DNA of 64,000 nucleotides, taken from Novosphingobium sp. (GTDB lineage: Bacteria > Pseudomonadota > Alphaproteobacteria > Sphingomonadales > Sphingomonadaceae). Each line of letters begins with the position of its first letter. The first letter of the stretch is position 1. Shown in pieces: positions 55,401 through 63,177 of the stretch. The position numbers and the translations under genes are program-made. Below the pieces are notes generated by a model, which ran no database searches, was not told the DNA's origin, and was given only the letters and a program-made list of their open reading frames with translations. The DNA lies in the NCBI GenBank assembly GCA_046290865.1, contig JBKBUD010000003.1:8600-72599 (forward strand). Direction: 5' to 3'.

Positions 55401-57061
55401 AGCAGCCGCCGATCTCCTCGATTGGCTACTCCTCACAAGCCTTTGCGCCGCACTTCCCGCACACCGTTCGCAAGAACGAGACCAAGCAGTGCACCGATTG
55501 CCACGTCTCTCAGGACGAGGACAACAACGCCACGATGGCGCAGCTGCTCCTGCTCGGCACCAATTACGTCAACTTTGTCGGCATGAACGCCTGGTTCGGT
55601 CTCGACGGCGGCTTCGAAGCGGTCCGCGTCACCGAATGGGACGAGCCGCAGGCCGTGATCGGCTCCTACCTCCACCGCTATGCCTATCCGGATTACTGGA
55701 AGGAGCATGTCGAGAAGAACGGCCGCGAGTTGAAGAACTGGACGCGCGGCAAGGCCTTCGATGGCAAGCTTTCGGGCGAAACCACCGGGCACGAGCAGTT
55801 CTCGAACATTGTCGAAGGCACCAAGGACTCGGTGCGCTGCCTGCAGATGCGCGGCGAATACATGTACGTCGCCGAAGGAAAGGGCGGCTTCCGCGCCTAC
55901 GACATCGCCGCAATCGGCAACAAAGGCTTCTCCGAACGCATCGTCAACGCGCCGTTCTCGCCGCTCGGCCATGACACGCATGTCGCCACCAGCAACGCCA
56001 CCTGCATGGCGCTGCCGACCAACCAGTCGATCGCGCCCACGCGCAACACGCCCGAGCTGCGCGGCCTCAACCAGGAGCAGCCTTTCTCGCCGATCTACAG
56101 CTATGCCTTCGTCACCGATGCGGTCGAAGGCCTGATCGCGGTCAACGTCGATACGCTGGCCGATGGCGAGTTCCGCAACAACTTCTTCAACCGCGCGCTG
56201 ACCTTCAATCCGAATGGCGTCCTCACCGGTGCCCGCCACATCACGCTGGCCGGTGACTATGCCTACATCGTGACCGACAAGAACCTGGTCACGGTCCACC
56301 TGCCCAAGCCATGGTCGCCGCAGAAGCCGTGCGAAGTCAGTGAGAAGAAGGGCGGCGAGACCTGCCTCGATCCGCGCATCACTTCGGTCGTGCCCTTGCG
56401 CGATCCGCGCGCCACGGCGGTGCAGTTCCGCTACCTCTGGGTGACGACGGCCAATGGCCTCGAACTGATGGACATCACCAACCTCGCACAGCCCAAGGCC
56501 GTCCCCTCGGCCATTGTGCCGCTGGCCGACGCCCGCCGCGTCTATCTTGCGCGCACTTACGCTTATGTCGCGGCCAAGTCGCAGGGTCTGGTCATTGTCG
56601 ACATCACCGCGCCGACGCGTCCGTCAATCTACACCAGCTACACCGCCGACGGGCAGTTGAACGATGCCGAGGACGTGATCGTCGCGTCCACCAACGCCTC
56701 GCTCTTCGCCTATGTCGCCGATGGCCGGAACGGGATGAAGGTGCTGCAGCTGACGTCTCCCGCCAGCCAGCCCAACTTCTACGGCTTCTCGCCCGAGCCC
56801 AAGCCCGAGCTGATCGCCTGGGCCCGCACGCCCACGCCCGCCCTCGCGCTGTCCAAGGGGCTCGACCGTGACCGCGGCGTGGACGAGACGGGTGGGCAGA
56901 TGGCAGTCTTCGGCCGCCTCGGCTCCCGCCCGTTCACGCGGCCGGAAATGGAAGAGCTGTTCCTCAACAGCAAGGGTGATGTCTTCCGCGTTTCCAACGC
57001 TGTCGACATGAGCCTGTGGGTGGGCGCCAAGCCTGCGCCGTTGCTCGCCAGGACGAATTGA
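52472..57061 (+). CDS. Large decahaem c-type cytochrome fused to a C-terminal LVIVD-repeat beta-propeller
   Basis: Signal peptide; ten CxxCH motifs (CVSCH, CADCH, CGACH, CAACH, CMNCH, CADCH, CKDCH, CFTCH, CAGCH, CTDCH); about six YAYVA...GLVIVDI-type repeats. Confidence 0.88.
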   Translation: MTQLMTQTRRLRTLSLAWLVAALAALLVPSALYASGEEPAQKVSHTRAPAAPRGQPGDTAEEQWAYVDKQNAGCVSCHTKSDHRTMHASPAVVLSCADCHGGNTKVMADRSWNRNSIEYIAALKDAHVLPKYPAAWGWPSSANPKRSYGLLAKESPEFIRFINPSDYRVARDSCGACHMQIIEASERSLMSTGAMLWGGAAYNNGIVPFKNYLFGESFTRNGEPALLKSASKEIGPDGKPMWGTVTPKEKARGALPIMYPLPRWHTIPPGDVFRVFEDGGRTINPQFPEIGLPNSTGLIQRLDEPGRPDLKQSNRGPATGLRVAIPVLNIHKTRLNDPFLFQMGTNDQPGDYRSSGCAACHVIYANDREPRHSLNYGKCGRDGQTITADPTINSLREGQHRKGAYGSYDAEKAEHHDKVRGTVLGGKRGYLGGDRTDPEQSADMEGDCARAISSAEQLVYSPGKGVAPHGSMDHDKMDQASAHAMAGLDAKGHPKKDAHGEDAHDSDGPVAMQDRERGHPLVHAFTRAIPTAQCMNCHMHQPNIFLNSYLGYTMWDYESDAPSMWPGPENRAPKPAGMSDADYEKTFRKQFYPNIDEQREVLDRNPEGASTRGLWRDVEFLRNVYDLNDKLERTQFADYHGHGWNFRAILKRDRRGNLLDDEGDMSSYGTDKAHIISPEDPEKFRKAGEGKFVEPGESNPGKAVHMMDIHAQLGMQCADCHFSQDSHGNGMIYGEVANAVEIGCKDCHGTPDNYPTLLTSNMAAPEKGNNLALLRNADGQRRFEWFNEADGRRVLVQRSIIDPNLSWRVSLVKDSVDARYAGKMDSTGKPIFNPKAARAKLMAKSASEDGVYKFGTGVPKEARAHRDDDMACFTCHLSWTTSCAGCHLPIEANWKSATHKYEEDYTRNYATYNPQVARDDMFQLGKHQRNKSSGSDPVQFDASGNPVAGKAITAPIRSTSALILSSTNINRERIYVQQPPISSIGYSSQAFAPHFPHTVRKNETKQCTDCHVSQDEDNNATMAQLLLLGTNYVNFVGMNAWFGLDGGFEAVRVTEWDEPQAVIGSYLHRYAYPDYWKEHVEKNGRELKNWTRGKAFDGKLSGETTGHEQFSNIVEGTKDSVRCLQMRGEYMYVAEGKGGFRAYDIAAIGNKGFSERIVNAPFSPLGHDTHVATSNATCMALPTNQSIAPTRNTPELRGLNQEQPFSPIYSYAFVTDAVEGLIAVNVDTLADGEFRNNFFNRALTFNPNGVLTGARHITLAGDYAYIVTDKNLVTVHLPKPWSPQKPCEVSEKKGGETCLDPRITSVVPLRDPRATAVQFRYLWVTTANGLELMDITNLAQPKAVPSAIVPLADARRVYLARTYAYVAAKSQGLVIVDITAPTRPSIYTSYTADGQLNDAEDVIVASTNASLFAYVADGRNGMKVLQLTSPASQPNFYGFSPEPKPELIAWARTPTPALALSKGLDRDRGVDETGGQMAVFGRLGSRPFTRPEMEELFLNSKGDVFRVSNAVDMSLWVGAKPAPLLARTN

Positions 57062-57077
57062 CCGGTTGGAGAGGAGA

Positions 57078-57101
57078 GCGGGTGCCTCACGGGGCACCCG
57101 C
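57078..57101. terminator. GC-rich hairpin between convergent genes (probable bidirectional terminator)
   Basis: GCGGGTGCC-TCACGG-GGCACCCGC perfect 9-bp stem lying between the stops at 57061 (+) and 57110 (-). Confidence 0.7.
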
Positions 57102-57109
57102 CAATTCTC

Positions 57110-57493
57110 TCAATCCGCATCCAGCAGCAGGATCTCGCACTCCACCTCCATCAGCGGCGCCGGCAACAGCTCATGGTCCACCCGCGTGACTGCCGCATCG
57201 GCCACCAGTTCGCGCCGGAGCTTGAACTCGTGTTCGGGCAGGGTCGTTACGAAGTTCTCACCATCGCTCACCGCATCGCTTCCGGCGAAGCGCAGCACCA
57301 ACCGGTGACGCGCGCCGGAAAAGGTGATGCTCGCCCACGGTGTCTCGTCATGGCTGACCACTTCGGCGTGAGGCCCGCTGATCTCGCGCACCGCGCGCAT
57401 CAATCGCTCGGCAGTCGACGGGCGATGAGCCAGCGGGGGAGGGGCGTTCTCGGAAATCGCCCTGGTCTCGAAGGCGTGAAGATCAAGCAGCAT
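57110..57493 (-). CDS. Hypothetical protein (127 aa)
   Basis: ATG 7 nt after GGAGGG; ETPWASITFSGARH...LPEHEF...LVADA; overlaps the stop of the upstream small gene. Confidence 0.7.
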   Translation of the reverse strand: MLLDLHAFETRAISENAPPPLAHRPSTAERLMRAVREISGPHAEVVSHDETPWASITFSGARHRLVLRFAGSDAVSDGENFVTTLPEHEFKLRRELVADAAVTRVDHELLPAPLMEVECEILLLDAD

Positions 57494-57671
57494 GGACATT
57501 CCCTCCAAATTTGTTCATGAAATGTTCTATACGTTCCACCATTCCGGAACGCGGTTCGCGGCCGTTGCGCAAGTCGCCGACCAGACGCGGGTCATGCGCG
57601 GCAAGGCGGCCGAACTTGGTGGCGGGCATGCCCGTCTGGCGAAGGAAGCTCTCGATCTTGCGGAGCAGCAT
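57483..57671 (-). CDS. Small Cro-like HTH protein (62 aa)
   Basis: MLLRKIESFLRQTGMPATKFGRLAAHDPRLVGDLRNGREPR...; GGAGGG SD; divergent from the S24 repressor. Confidence 0.75.
   Translation of the reverse strand: MLLRKIESFLRQTGMPATKFGRLAAHDPRLVGDLRNGREPRSGMVERIEHFMNKFGGNVHAA
57513..57527. promoter_or_regulatory. Alphaproteobacterial LexA (SOS) box GTTC-N7-GTTC
   Basis: GTTCATGAAATGTTC is an exact consensus match ~20 bp upstream of the 127-aa gene start, in a locally AT-rich stretch. Confidence 0.6.
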
Positions 57672-57717
57672 GGTGATTCTTTCCCTCCAGCTATGGAGTC
57701 GGGGGAGACGACTCGAA

Positions 57718-57772
57718 ATAGGATTTTTCCTATGTTGATCTCTAAATCCTACAATGCTAGGAAAAGTCCTTC
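57718..57772. promoter_or_regulatory. Operator array TAGGA-N4-TCCTA between the divergent regulators
   Basis: ATAGGATTTTTCCTAT (57718-33), half-match ...TAAATCCTAC (57737-52) and CTAGGAAAAGTCCTTC (57757-72). Confidence 0.6.
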
Positions 57773-57792
57773 GAAAGTGGAGGAAGGCGCAA

Positions 57793-58491
57793 ATGGTCCT
57801 TGCAGACAGCGAATCGGATGACGGCGCCCGCACCTGCCTCGTTGGCCTTGCGGCCCAGCGCGGTGTCAGCCTGTCCGCGCTCTCGGCGCTGATTGGTCGC
57901 AACACCACCTATCTCCAGCAGTTCGTCCGCAAGGGCAGCCCGCGCAAGCTTGAGGAAAACGACCGTCGCACTCTGGCGGAATTCTTCGGTGTGCCGGAAA
58001 GCGATCTCGGCGCCGCTTCGCGCGGCGGGGTGATCGCAGCAGGGCAGGGCACCCCGCGCAATCCCCTGCCGCCCCGCGCCATCAATGCGGAATGGGCCGA
58101 CATTCCCCGCCTGCCGCTCGGCGCGTCTGCTGGCCCCGGCACGCTTCCGGCGGAGGAAATTCCCTCCGGCCGCCTGCGTTTCAACCACCGCTGGCTCAAA
58201 GGCCAAGGCCTCGAACCCGCAATGCTCTCGGTGATCGAGGTCGAAGGCGACTCGATGGAGCCGACGCTGCGCGATGGCGACGAAATCCTCGTCGACCGCA
58301 CCCCGCGCCCCTTGCGCGCCGGCATCCATGTCATTCGGCTCGATGATGTCCTGCTGGTCAAGCGCCTCGAGCCCGGCCCCGGCGGCACGGTGCGGATCAT
58401 CTCCGACAACCCCGCCTATCCCCGCCTCGAGCGCCCGCTGCACGAAGTCGAGCTCGTCGGGCGCGTGGTCTGGAAGGGCGGCCGTCTTTAG
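57793..58491 (+). CDS. CI/LexA-like repressor: N-terminal HTH + S24 peptidase
   Basis: HTH (SLSALSALIGRNTTYLQQFV), Ala-Gly cleavage site ASAGPG, catalytic GDSMEP (Ser) and LVKRL (Lys). Confidence 0.88.
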   Translation: MVLADSESDDGARTCLVGLAAQRGVSLSALSALIGRNTTYLQQFVRKGSPRKLEENDRRTLAEFFGVPESDLGAASRGGVIAAGQGTPRNPLPPRAINAEWADIPRLPLGASAGPGTLPAEEIPSGRLRFNHRWLKGQGLEPAMLSVIEVEGDSMEPTLRDGDEILVDRTPRPLRAGIHVIRLDDVLLVKRLEPGPGGTVRIISDNPAYPRLERPLHEVELVGRVVWKGGRL

Positions 58492-58535
58492 CGCACCGGC
58501 TTGCCAATTCGCCGTCCACGCGCCATCTCATCGCC

Positions 58536-59204
58536 ATGACCCAGCCAACAGCCGAACCGCCCTTCAAGGTCGCGATCATCCCCGTCACCCCGCTCCAGCA
58601 AAACTGCACGCTGGTCTGGTGCACGAAGACGATGAAGGGCGCCTTCATCGATGCCGGCGGCGATCTCGACAAGTTGCGCAAGGCCATCGCCATGACCGGC
58701 GTGACCATCGAAAAGCTGCTCGTCACCCACGGCCACCTCGATCATTGCGGCAGCGTCGGCATCTTTGCGCGGGAGCTTGGCGTGCCCATCGAAGGCCCGC
58801 AGGAAGCAGACCGTTTCTGGATCGCGCAACTCGATGAAGATTCACAGCGCTGGGGCATCCCGGCCGAGGTGTTCGAACCCACCCGCTGGCTCAATGATGG
58901 CGACAAGGTCACTGTCGGCGAAGTCGAGCTCGACGTGATCCACTGCCCCGGCCACACCCCCGGCCACGTGATCTTCCACCACGCGCCCACGCGAGTGGCG
59001 ATTGTCGGCGATGTCCTGTTCCAGGGTTCGATCGGCCGCACCGACTTCCCGATGGGCAATCACCAGGACCTGATCGATTCGATCACGCAGAAGCTCTGGC
59101 CGCTCGGCAACGACGTCACCTTCGTCCCCGGACACGGCCCCAACAGCACCTTCGGCCGCGAACGCCAGACCAACGCCTACGTCAGCGACTACGTCCTGAG
59201 CTGA
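58536..59204 (+). CDS. MBL-fold metallo-hydrolase (YcbL/GloC-like)
   Basis: THGHLDH, PGHTPGH, GDVLF.GSIGRTD and PGHGP motifs. Confidence 0.9.
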   Translation: MTQPTAEPPFKVAIIPVTPLQQNCTLVWCTKTMKGAFIDAGGDLDKLRKAIAMTGVTIEKLLVTHGHLDHCGSVGIFARELGVPIEGPQEADRFWIAQLDEDSQRWGIPAEVFEPTRWLNDGDKVTVGEVELDVIHCPGHTPGHVIFHHAPTRVAIVGDVLFQGSIGRTDFPMGNHQDLIDSITQKLWPLGNDVTFVPGHGPNSTFGRERQTNAYVSDYVLS

Positions 59205-59209
59205 CCAAT

Positions 59210-59245
59210 CCCCCCTCCCGCATGCGGGAGGGAGTGGGGGTGGGC
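59210..59245. repeat. Short REP-like palindrome between convergent genes
   Basis: CCCTCCCGCATGCGGGAGGG perfect 20-bp palindrome (59213-59232) followed by a G-rich tail AGTGGGGGTGGGC. Confidence 0.65.
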
Positions 59246-59271
59246 AGGATGCTCCGCCACCCCCGAAATTT

Positions 59272-59664
59272 TCACATATCCAGCGCGATGGAAACGGCCC
59301 ACACGCCAAGCCCCAGCTGCGTCAGCATCGTCGTGAGCGTGCCGACGCCGCGCAGGAAGCCCAGCGGCCCGCCGTCCATGCCGATGCCGTGGCCGACGCG
59401 GCCCAACATGAACACGGCGGCCACGCCCATCAGGTAAGGATTGCCGGTCCGCGCCAGTTCCACCGCGGCGATCAGCACCAGCACGATCGGCGTGTTCTCG
59501 ACAAAGTTTGCCTGCGCCCGCATCCGCGCGATCAGGTCCATGTCGCCCCCGTCGCCGATGCTGATCTTCTTGGCGCTGCGCACCATGCCGCAGCGGATCG
59601 AAAGCCAGATGTTGATGGCCGCTGCTGCGGCGGCGGCGCACAGCGTAATTGGCAGAATTGTCAT
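59272..59664 (-). CDS. MAPEG family membrane protein
   Basis: ISIGDGG...RMRAQANFVENTP...GRVGHGIG; hydrophobic helices. Confidence 0.85.
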   Translation of the reverse strand: MTILPITLCAAAAAAAINIWLSIRCGMVRSAKKISIGDGGDMDLIARMRAQANFVENTPIVLVLIAAVELARTGNPYLMGVAAVFMLGRVGHGIGMDGGPLGFLRGVGTLTTMLTQLGLGVWAVSIALDM

Positions 59665-59730
59665 GCCTCTGATTATCCCCTCTCTCATGGCCCCTCGCGG
59701 GAACCGAGGCAGAGGCTAGCGCGGGCGCGC

Positions 59731-59758
59731 TTGCAAAGCATCAGAAAATCCGTATAGG
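59731..59758 (+). promoter_or_regulatory. Putative sigma70 promoter of the rpmF-plsX-fabH operon
   Basis: TTGCAA-N16-TATAGG followed by a GC-rich CGCGCC discriminator-like stretch. Confidence 0.5.
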
Positions 59759-59906
59759 CGCGCCTTCGCCCAGCGATTGGCGAATCCCGTGACTTGTGGC
59801 GTCCTTCGCCGCGTATGGGTCCTGCCGCAAACAGGGCTTGTGCGATGAACCGGTTTTCCCTATCGCGCCCGCAACAAAACTACGCAATTCAGGAACAGGT
59901 GCCGAG

Positions 59907-60086
59907 ATGGCCGTCCCCAAAAGAAAGACTTCGCCCTCACGCCGGGGCATGCGCCGCAGCCATGACGCACTGAGCGTCGAAGCGTTCCACGAATGCTCGA
60001 ACTGCGGTGAACTCAAGCGCCCGCACAACCTGTGCAACGCTTGCGGTCACTACAACGGTCGCGAAGTCATCGCCGTCGGGCTCTAA
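59907..60086 (+). CDS. rpmF: 50S ribosomal protein L32 (Zn-ribbon form)
   Basis: [19 protein letters not shown]...CSNC...CNACGHY; upstream of plsX. Confidence 0.97.
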   Translation: MAVPKRKTSPSRRGMRRSHDALSVEAFHECSNCGELKRPHNLCNACGHYNGREVIAVGL

Positions 60087-60111
60087 GCCTTAATACGGGG
60101 GGACTGAGGAC

Positions 60112-61215
60112 ATGAGCCTGCCGCGTATCGCCGTCGATGCGATGGGCGGCGATGAGGGCGTGCGCGTGATGGTCGAAGGCGCGGCGCTTGCCCGTCGTCG
60201 TCATGACCGCTTCAAGTTCCTCCTCGTTGGTGACGAGGGCCGCATCAAGCAGGCCCTCGAAAACCACCCCAACCTTCGCGAAGCGTCAGAGATTCTCCAC
60301 GCCCCCGATGTCGTATCGGGTGACGAGAAGCCGACGCAGGCCCTCCGTCGCGCCAAGACCACCTCGATGGGGCTGGCGATCAACGCGGTGAAGCAGGGCC
60401 ATGCCGGCGCTGCTGTCAGCGCGGGCAACACCGGCGCGCTCATGGCCATGGCCAAGCTCGCCCTGCGCACCATGCCCGGCATCGATCGCCCCGCGCTCTC
60501 GGCCCTGCTGCCGACGCTTGGCGAGCATGACCTGATCATGCTCGATCTCGGTGCCAACACCGATTGCGATGCGCGCAACCTCGTCCAGTTCGCGATCATG
60601 GGTGCGGCCTATGCCCGCATCGTCAACGGCCTCGAATCCCCGCGCGTCCGCCTGCTGAATATCGGCACGGAGGAGACCAAGGGCACTGATTCCCTGCGCG
60701 ATGCGGCCAACCAGTTGAAGGCGCTCGCAGGCGATCTCGCGCTGACCTTCGATGGGTTCACCGAGGCCGACAAGCTTTCGCGCGGCGATTGCGATGTCGT
60801 CGTCACCGATGGCTTCTCCGGCAACATCGCGCTGAAGTCGATGGAAGGTGCCGCCCGCTTCGTGGCGGACCTGCTGCGCCGCAGCTTCTCCTCGTCGCTG
60901 CGTTCGAAGTTCGGCTTCCTGATCTCGCGTCCGGCGACCGAGCTGCTCAAGCACCACCTCGATCCGAACAACCACAACGGCGCGGTCTTCCTCGGCCTCA
61001 ACGGCGTGGTCGTGAAAAGCCACGGCAGCGCCTCGGCGCTCGGCGTCGCCAATGCCGTTGCCGTCACCGCTCGCCTGCTGGAGGAAAACCTGACCGAGCG
61101 TATCGAAGCCGACCTCGCACGCCTCGGCGCCGAGACGATTCGGACTTCCGGCCGCACGTCGCGCGCCAAGGCCCCGGCCGATACAGGGCCAGAGAACGGT
61201 GAGGACGCGGCATGA
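60112..61215 (+). CDS. plsX: Phosphate acyltransferase PlsX
   Basis: [27 protein letters not shown] and VVKSHG motifs. Confidence 0.96.
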   Translation: MSLPRIAVDAMGGDEGVRVMVEGAALARRRHDRFKFLLVGDEGRIKQALENHPNLREASEILHAPDVVSGDEKPTQALRRAKTTSMGLAINAVKQGHAGAAVSAGNTGALMAMAKLALRTMPGIDRPALSALLPTLGEHDLIMLDLGANTDCDARNLVQFAIMGAAYARIVNGLESPRVRLLNIGTEETKGTDSLRDAANQLKALAGDLALTFDGFTEADKLSRGDCDVVVTDGFSGNIALKSMEGAARFVADLLRRSFSSSLRSKFGFLISRPATELLKHHLDPNNHNGAVFLGLNGVVVKSHGSASALGVANAVAVTARLLEENLTERIEADLARLGAETIRTSGRTSRAKAPADTGPENGEDAA

Positions 61216-62189
61216 CGGTGCGCTCGATCATTCGCGGCAGCGGCTCGGCCCTGCCCAAGCGCTGCGTCACCAACGCCGAAATGGCGCAGATGGTCGACAC
61301 TACCGACGAATGGATCGTCGAGCGTACCGGCATCCGCCAGCGCTATCTCGCGGGGGAAGGGGAGACCACCTCCACCCTCGCCACCGAGGCTGGCCGTCGC
61401 GCGCTCGAAGCTGCCGGCATCGAGGCATCCAAAGTCGATCTGATCGTGCTGGCCACCGCCACGCCCGACCAGACCTTCCCGGCCACCGCCACCATCGTCC
61501 AGCACAACCTCGGCTGCAACGGCGGCATCGCCTTTGACGTCGCCGCCGTCTGCTCAGGGTTCCTCTACGCCCTCGCCACCGCGGACTCGATGGTCCGCAC
61601 CGGCATGGCCAAGTGCGCGCTGGTGATCGGCGCTGAAACCTTCAGCAATATCCTCGACTGGGAAGACCGCACCACCTGCGTGCTGTTCGGCGACGGTGCC
61701 GGCGCGATCGTGCTCGAAGCCCAGGACGTCGACGACTCCGACCCGGCTGCCCCCGGCGTCATCGCCACGCGCCTCCACGCCGATGGCGCGCACAACGAAC
61801 TGCTCTATGTCGATGGCGGCGTGTCCACCACCGGCACCGTCGGCAAGGTCCGCATGAAGGGCCGCGAGGTCTTCCGCCACGCCGTCACCAATCTCGCCAA
61901 TGTCCTGCGCGAAGTGCTTGAAACCACAGGCCATGACGCATCCGAGATCGATTGGGTCGTGCCGCACCAGGCCAACTTCCGCATCCTCGATGCCACCGCG
62001 CGCAAGCTCGACCTGCCGGCCGAGAAGGTCGTCGTCACGGTCGATCAGCATGCCAACACCAGCGCCGCCTCGGTGCCGCTGGCGTTCGACGTTGCCATGC
62101 GCGATGGCCGGATCAAGAAGGGCGATCTGGTGATGTTCGAGGCCATGGGCGGCGGCTTCACCTGGGGCGCCAGCCTCGCCCGCATCTGA
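61212..62189 (+). CDS. fabH: Beta-ketoacyl-ACP synthase III
   Basis: [14 protein letters not shown] (Cys), [13 protein letters not shown] (His), ANTSAAS (Asn) and GGGFTWG motifs. Confidence 0.96.
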   Translation: MTVRSIIRGSGSALPKRCVTNAEMAQMVDTTDEWIVERTGIRQRYLAGEGETTSTLATEAGRRALEAAGIEASKVDLIVLATATPDQTFPATATIVQHNLGCNGGIAFDVAAVCSGFLYALATADSMVRTGMAKCALVIGAETFSNILDWEDRTTCVLFGDGAGAIVLEAQDVDDSDPAAPGVIATRLHADGAHNELLYVDGGVSTTGTVGKVRMKGREVFRHAVTNLANVLREVLETTGHDASEIDWVVPHQANFRILDATARKLDLPAEKVVVTVDQHANTSAASVPLAFDVAMRDGRIKKGDLVMFEAMGGGFTWGASLARI

Positions 62190-62316
62190 CCGGACGCGGT
62201 TCGTCCCGCAACGGTCCAGTCTTATCCTTTGTCCGCAACGCATTGCATTGCGTTCCGCAGAATCAGCGTTATTGTCGGCCCCCTTGGCGTCTTCTGACTT
62301 CTGGGGGGAATAAAGG

Positions 62317-62613
62317 ATGCGTTCTGTAGGTACACTGACCCGGGCCGATCTGGCCGAGAGCATCAACCGCCGCGTGGGGCTGTCCCGTGCGGATTCGCTC
62401 GAAATGGTTGAATCCATCCTTCAGCACATGTGCGAGGCACTGGCTGAGGGTGAAAACGTGAAGATTTCGGGCTTCGGCACCTTCCTGCTGCGCGACAAGG
62501 CGGAGCGGATCGGCCGCAATCCCAAGACCGGCATCGAAGTGCCGATCACGCCGCGCCGCGTCCTCAGCTTCCGCGCTAGCCAGATGCTGAAGGACCGCAT
62601 CGGCCAGGGCTGA
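62317..62613 (+). CDS. ihfA: Integration host factor subunit alpha
   Basis: TLTRADL...VKISGFGTF...RIGRNPKTG...RRVLSFRAS; conserved fabH-ihfA-merR order. Confidence 0.95.
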   Translation: MRSVGTLTRADLAESINRRVGLSRADSLEMVESILQHMCEALAEGENVKISGFGTFLLRDKAERIGRNPKTGIEVPITPRRVLSFRASQMLKDRIGQG

Positions 62614-62623
62614 TCACCAGCGG

Positions 62624-63034
62624 ATGAGCGAACCCGAACTTCCCGATGCCGGACCTATTCCGGACGACGGTAAAGACCCGGGGGCTTTCCGCACGATCGG
62701 CGAAGTCGCCAAGACGCTCGGCATCCGCCAACACGTCCTGCGCTACTGGGAAGAGCAATTTCCCACGCTCCGCCCGCTCACCCGAGCGGGCGGCCGCCGC
62801 TATTACCGCCCCGAAGACGTCGCCCTGATCACCGAGATCCACCGCCTCCTCCACAAGGAAGGCTTCACGATCAAAGGCGCAAGGCAAGCACTGCGAGGAA
62901 AGAAGGGCGCGGCTGCACCTGCAGCGCCAGCGCTCGAACCGGCACCAACAATGCCGGAAAACCAATCCGCCGCCCCACTCCTGACTTACCTCCAATCCAT
63001 TCGCGACCGGTTGGCTGCTGCGCTGGAGGAGTAG
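62624..63034 (+). CDS. MerR-family HTH regulator
   Basis: FRTIGEVA...HVLRYWE...[10 protein letters not shown]...GFTIKGA. Confidence 0.9.
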   Translation: MSEPELPDAGPIPDDGKDPGAFRTIGEVAKTLGIRQHVLRYWEEQFPTLRPLTRAGGRRYYRPEDVALITEIHRLLHKEGFTIKGARQALRGKKGAAAPAAPALEPAPTMPENQSAAPLLTYLQSIRDRLAAALEE

Positions 63035-63177
63035 GTATGCGTACCTGCTGCAGCGCTTGAATAATCATTAGTGCAGATGTACGATCTGGTGAAAATTACC
63101 GGCATGGGTTGCCATGCAACCGGCAGCTTTCAAGTTTCAATAGTATATTGTTGACCCTGACTATTGAGAGGGTGAGG

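Noticed and set aside
47057-57061. Naming the cytochrome operon mtrCAB/pioAB/mtoAB or hao/nrf
   Set aside because: Protein sizes, haem spacing, the LVIVD fusion and the GlcG partner do not match, and no CxxCK motif is present.
57110-58491. Intact prophage, or calling the repressor lexA
   Set aside because: No integrase, replication or structural genes nearby; the N-terminus is an XRE/CI-type HTH rather than the LexA winged helix.
63035-63177. tRNA-Pro expected after ihfA-merR
   Set aside because: No cloverleaf or TTCGAA T-loop visible in this spacer.
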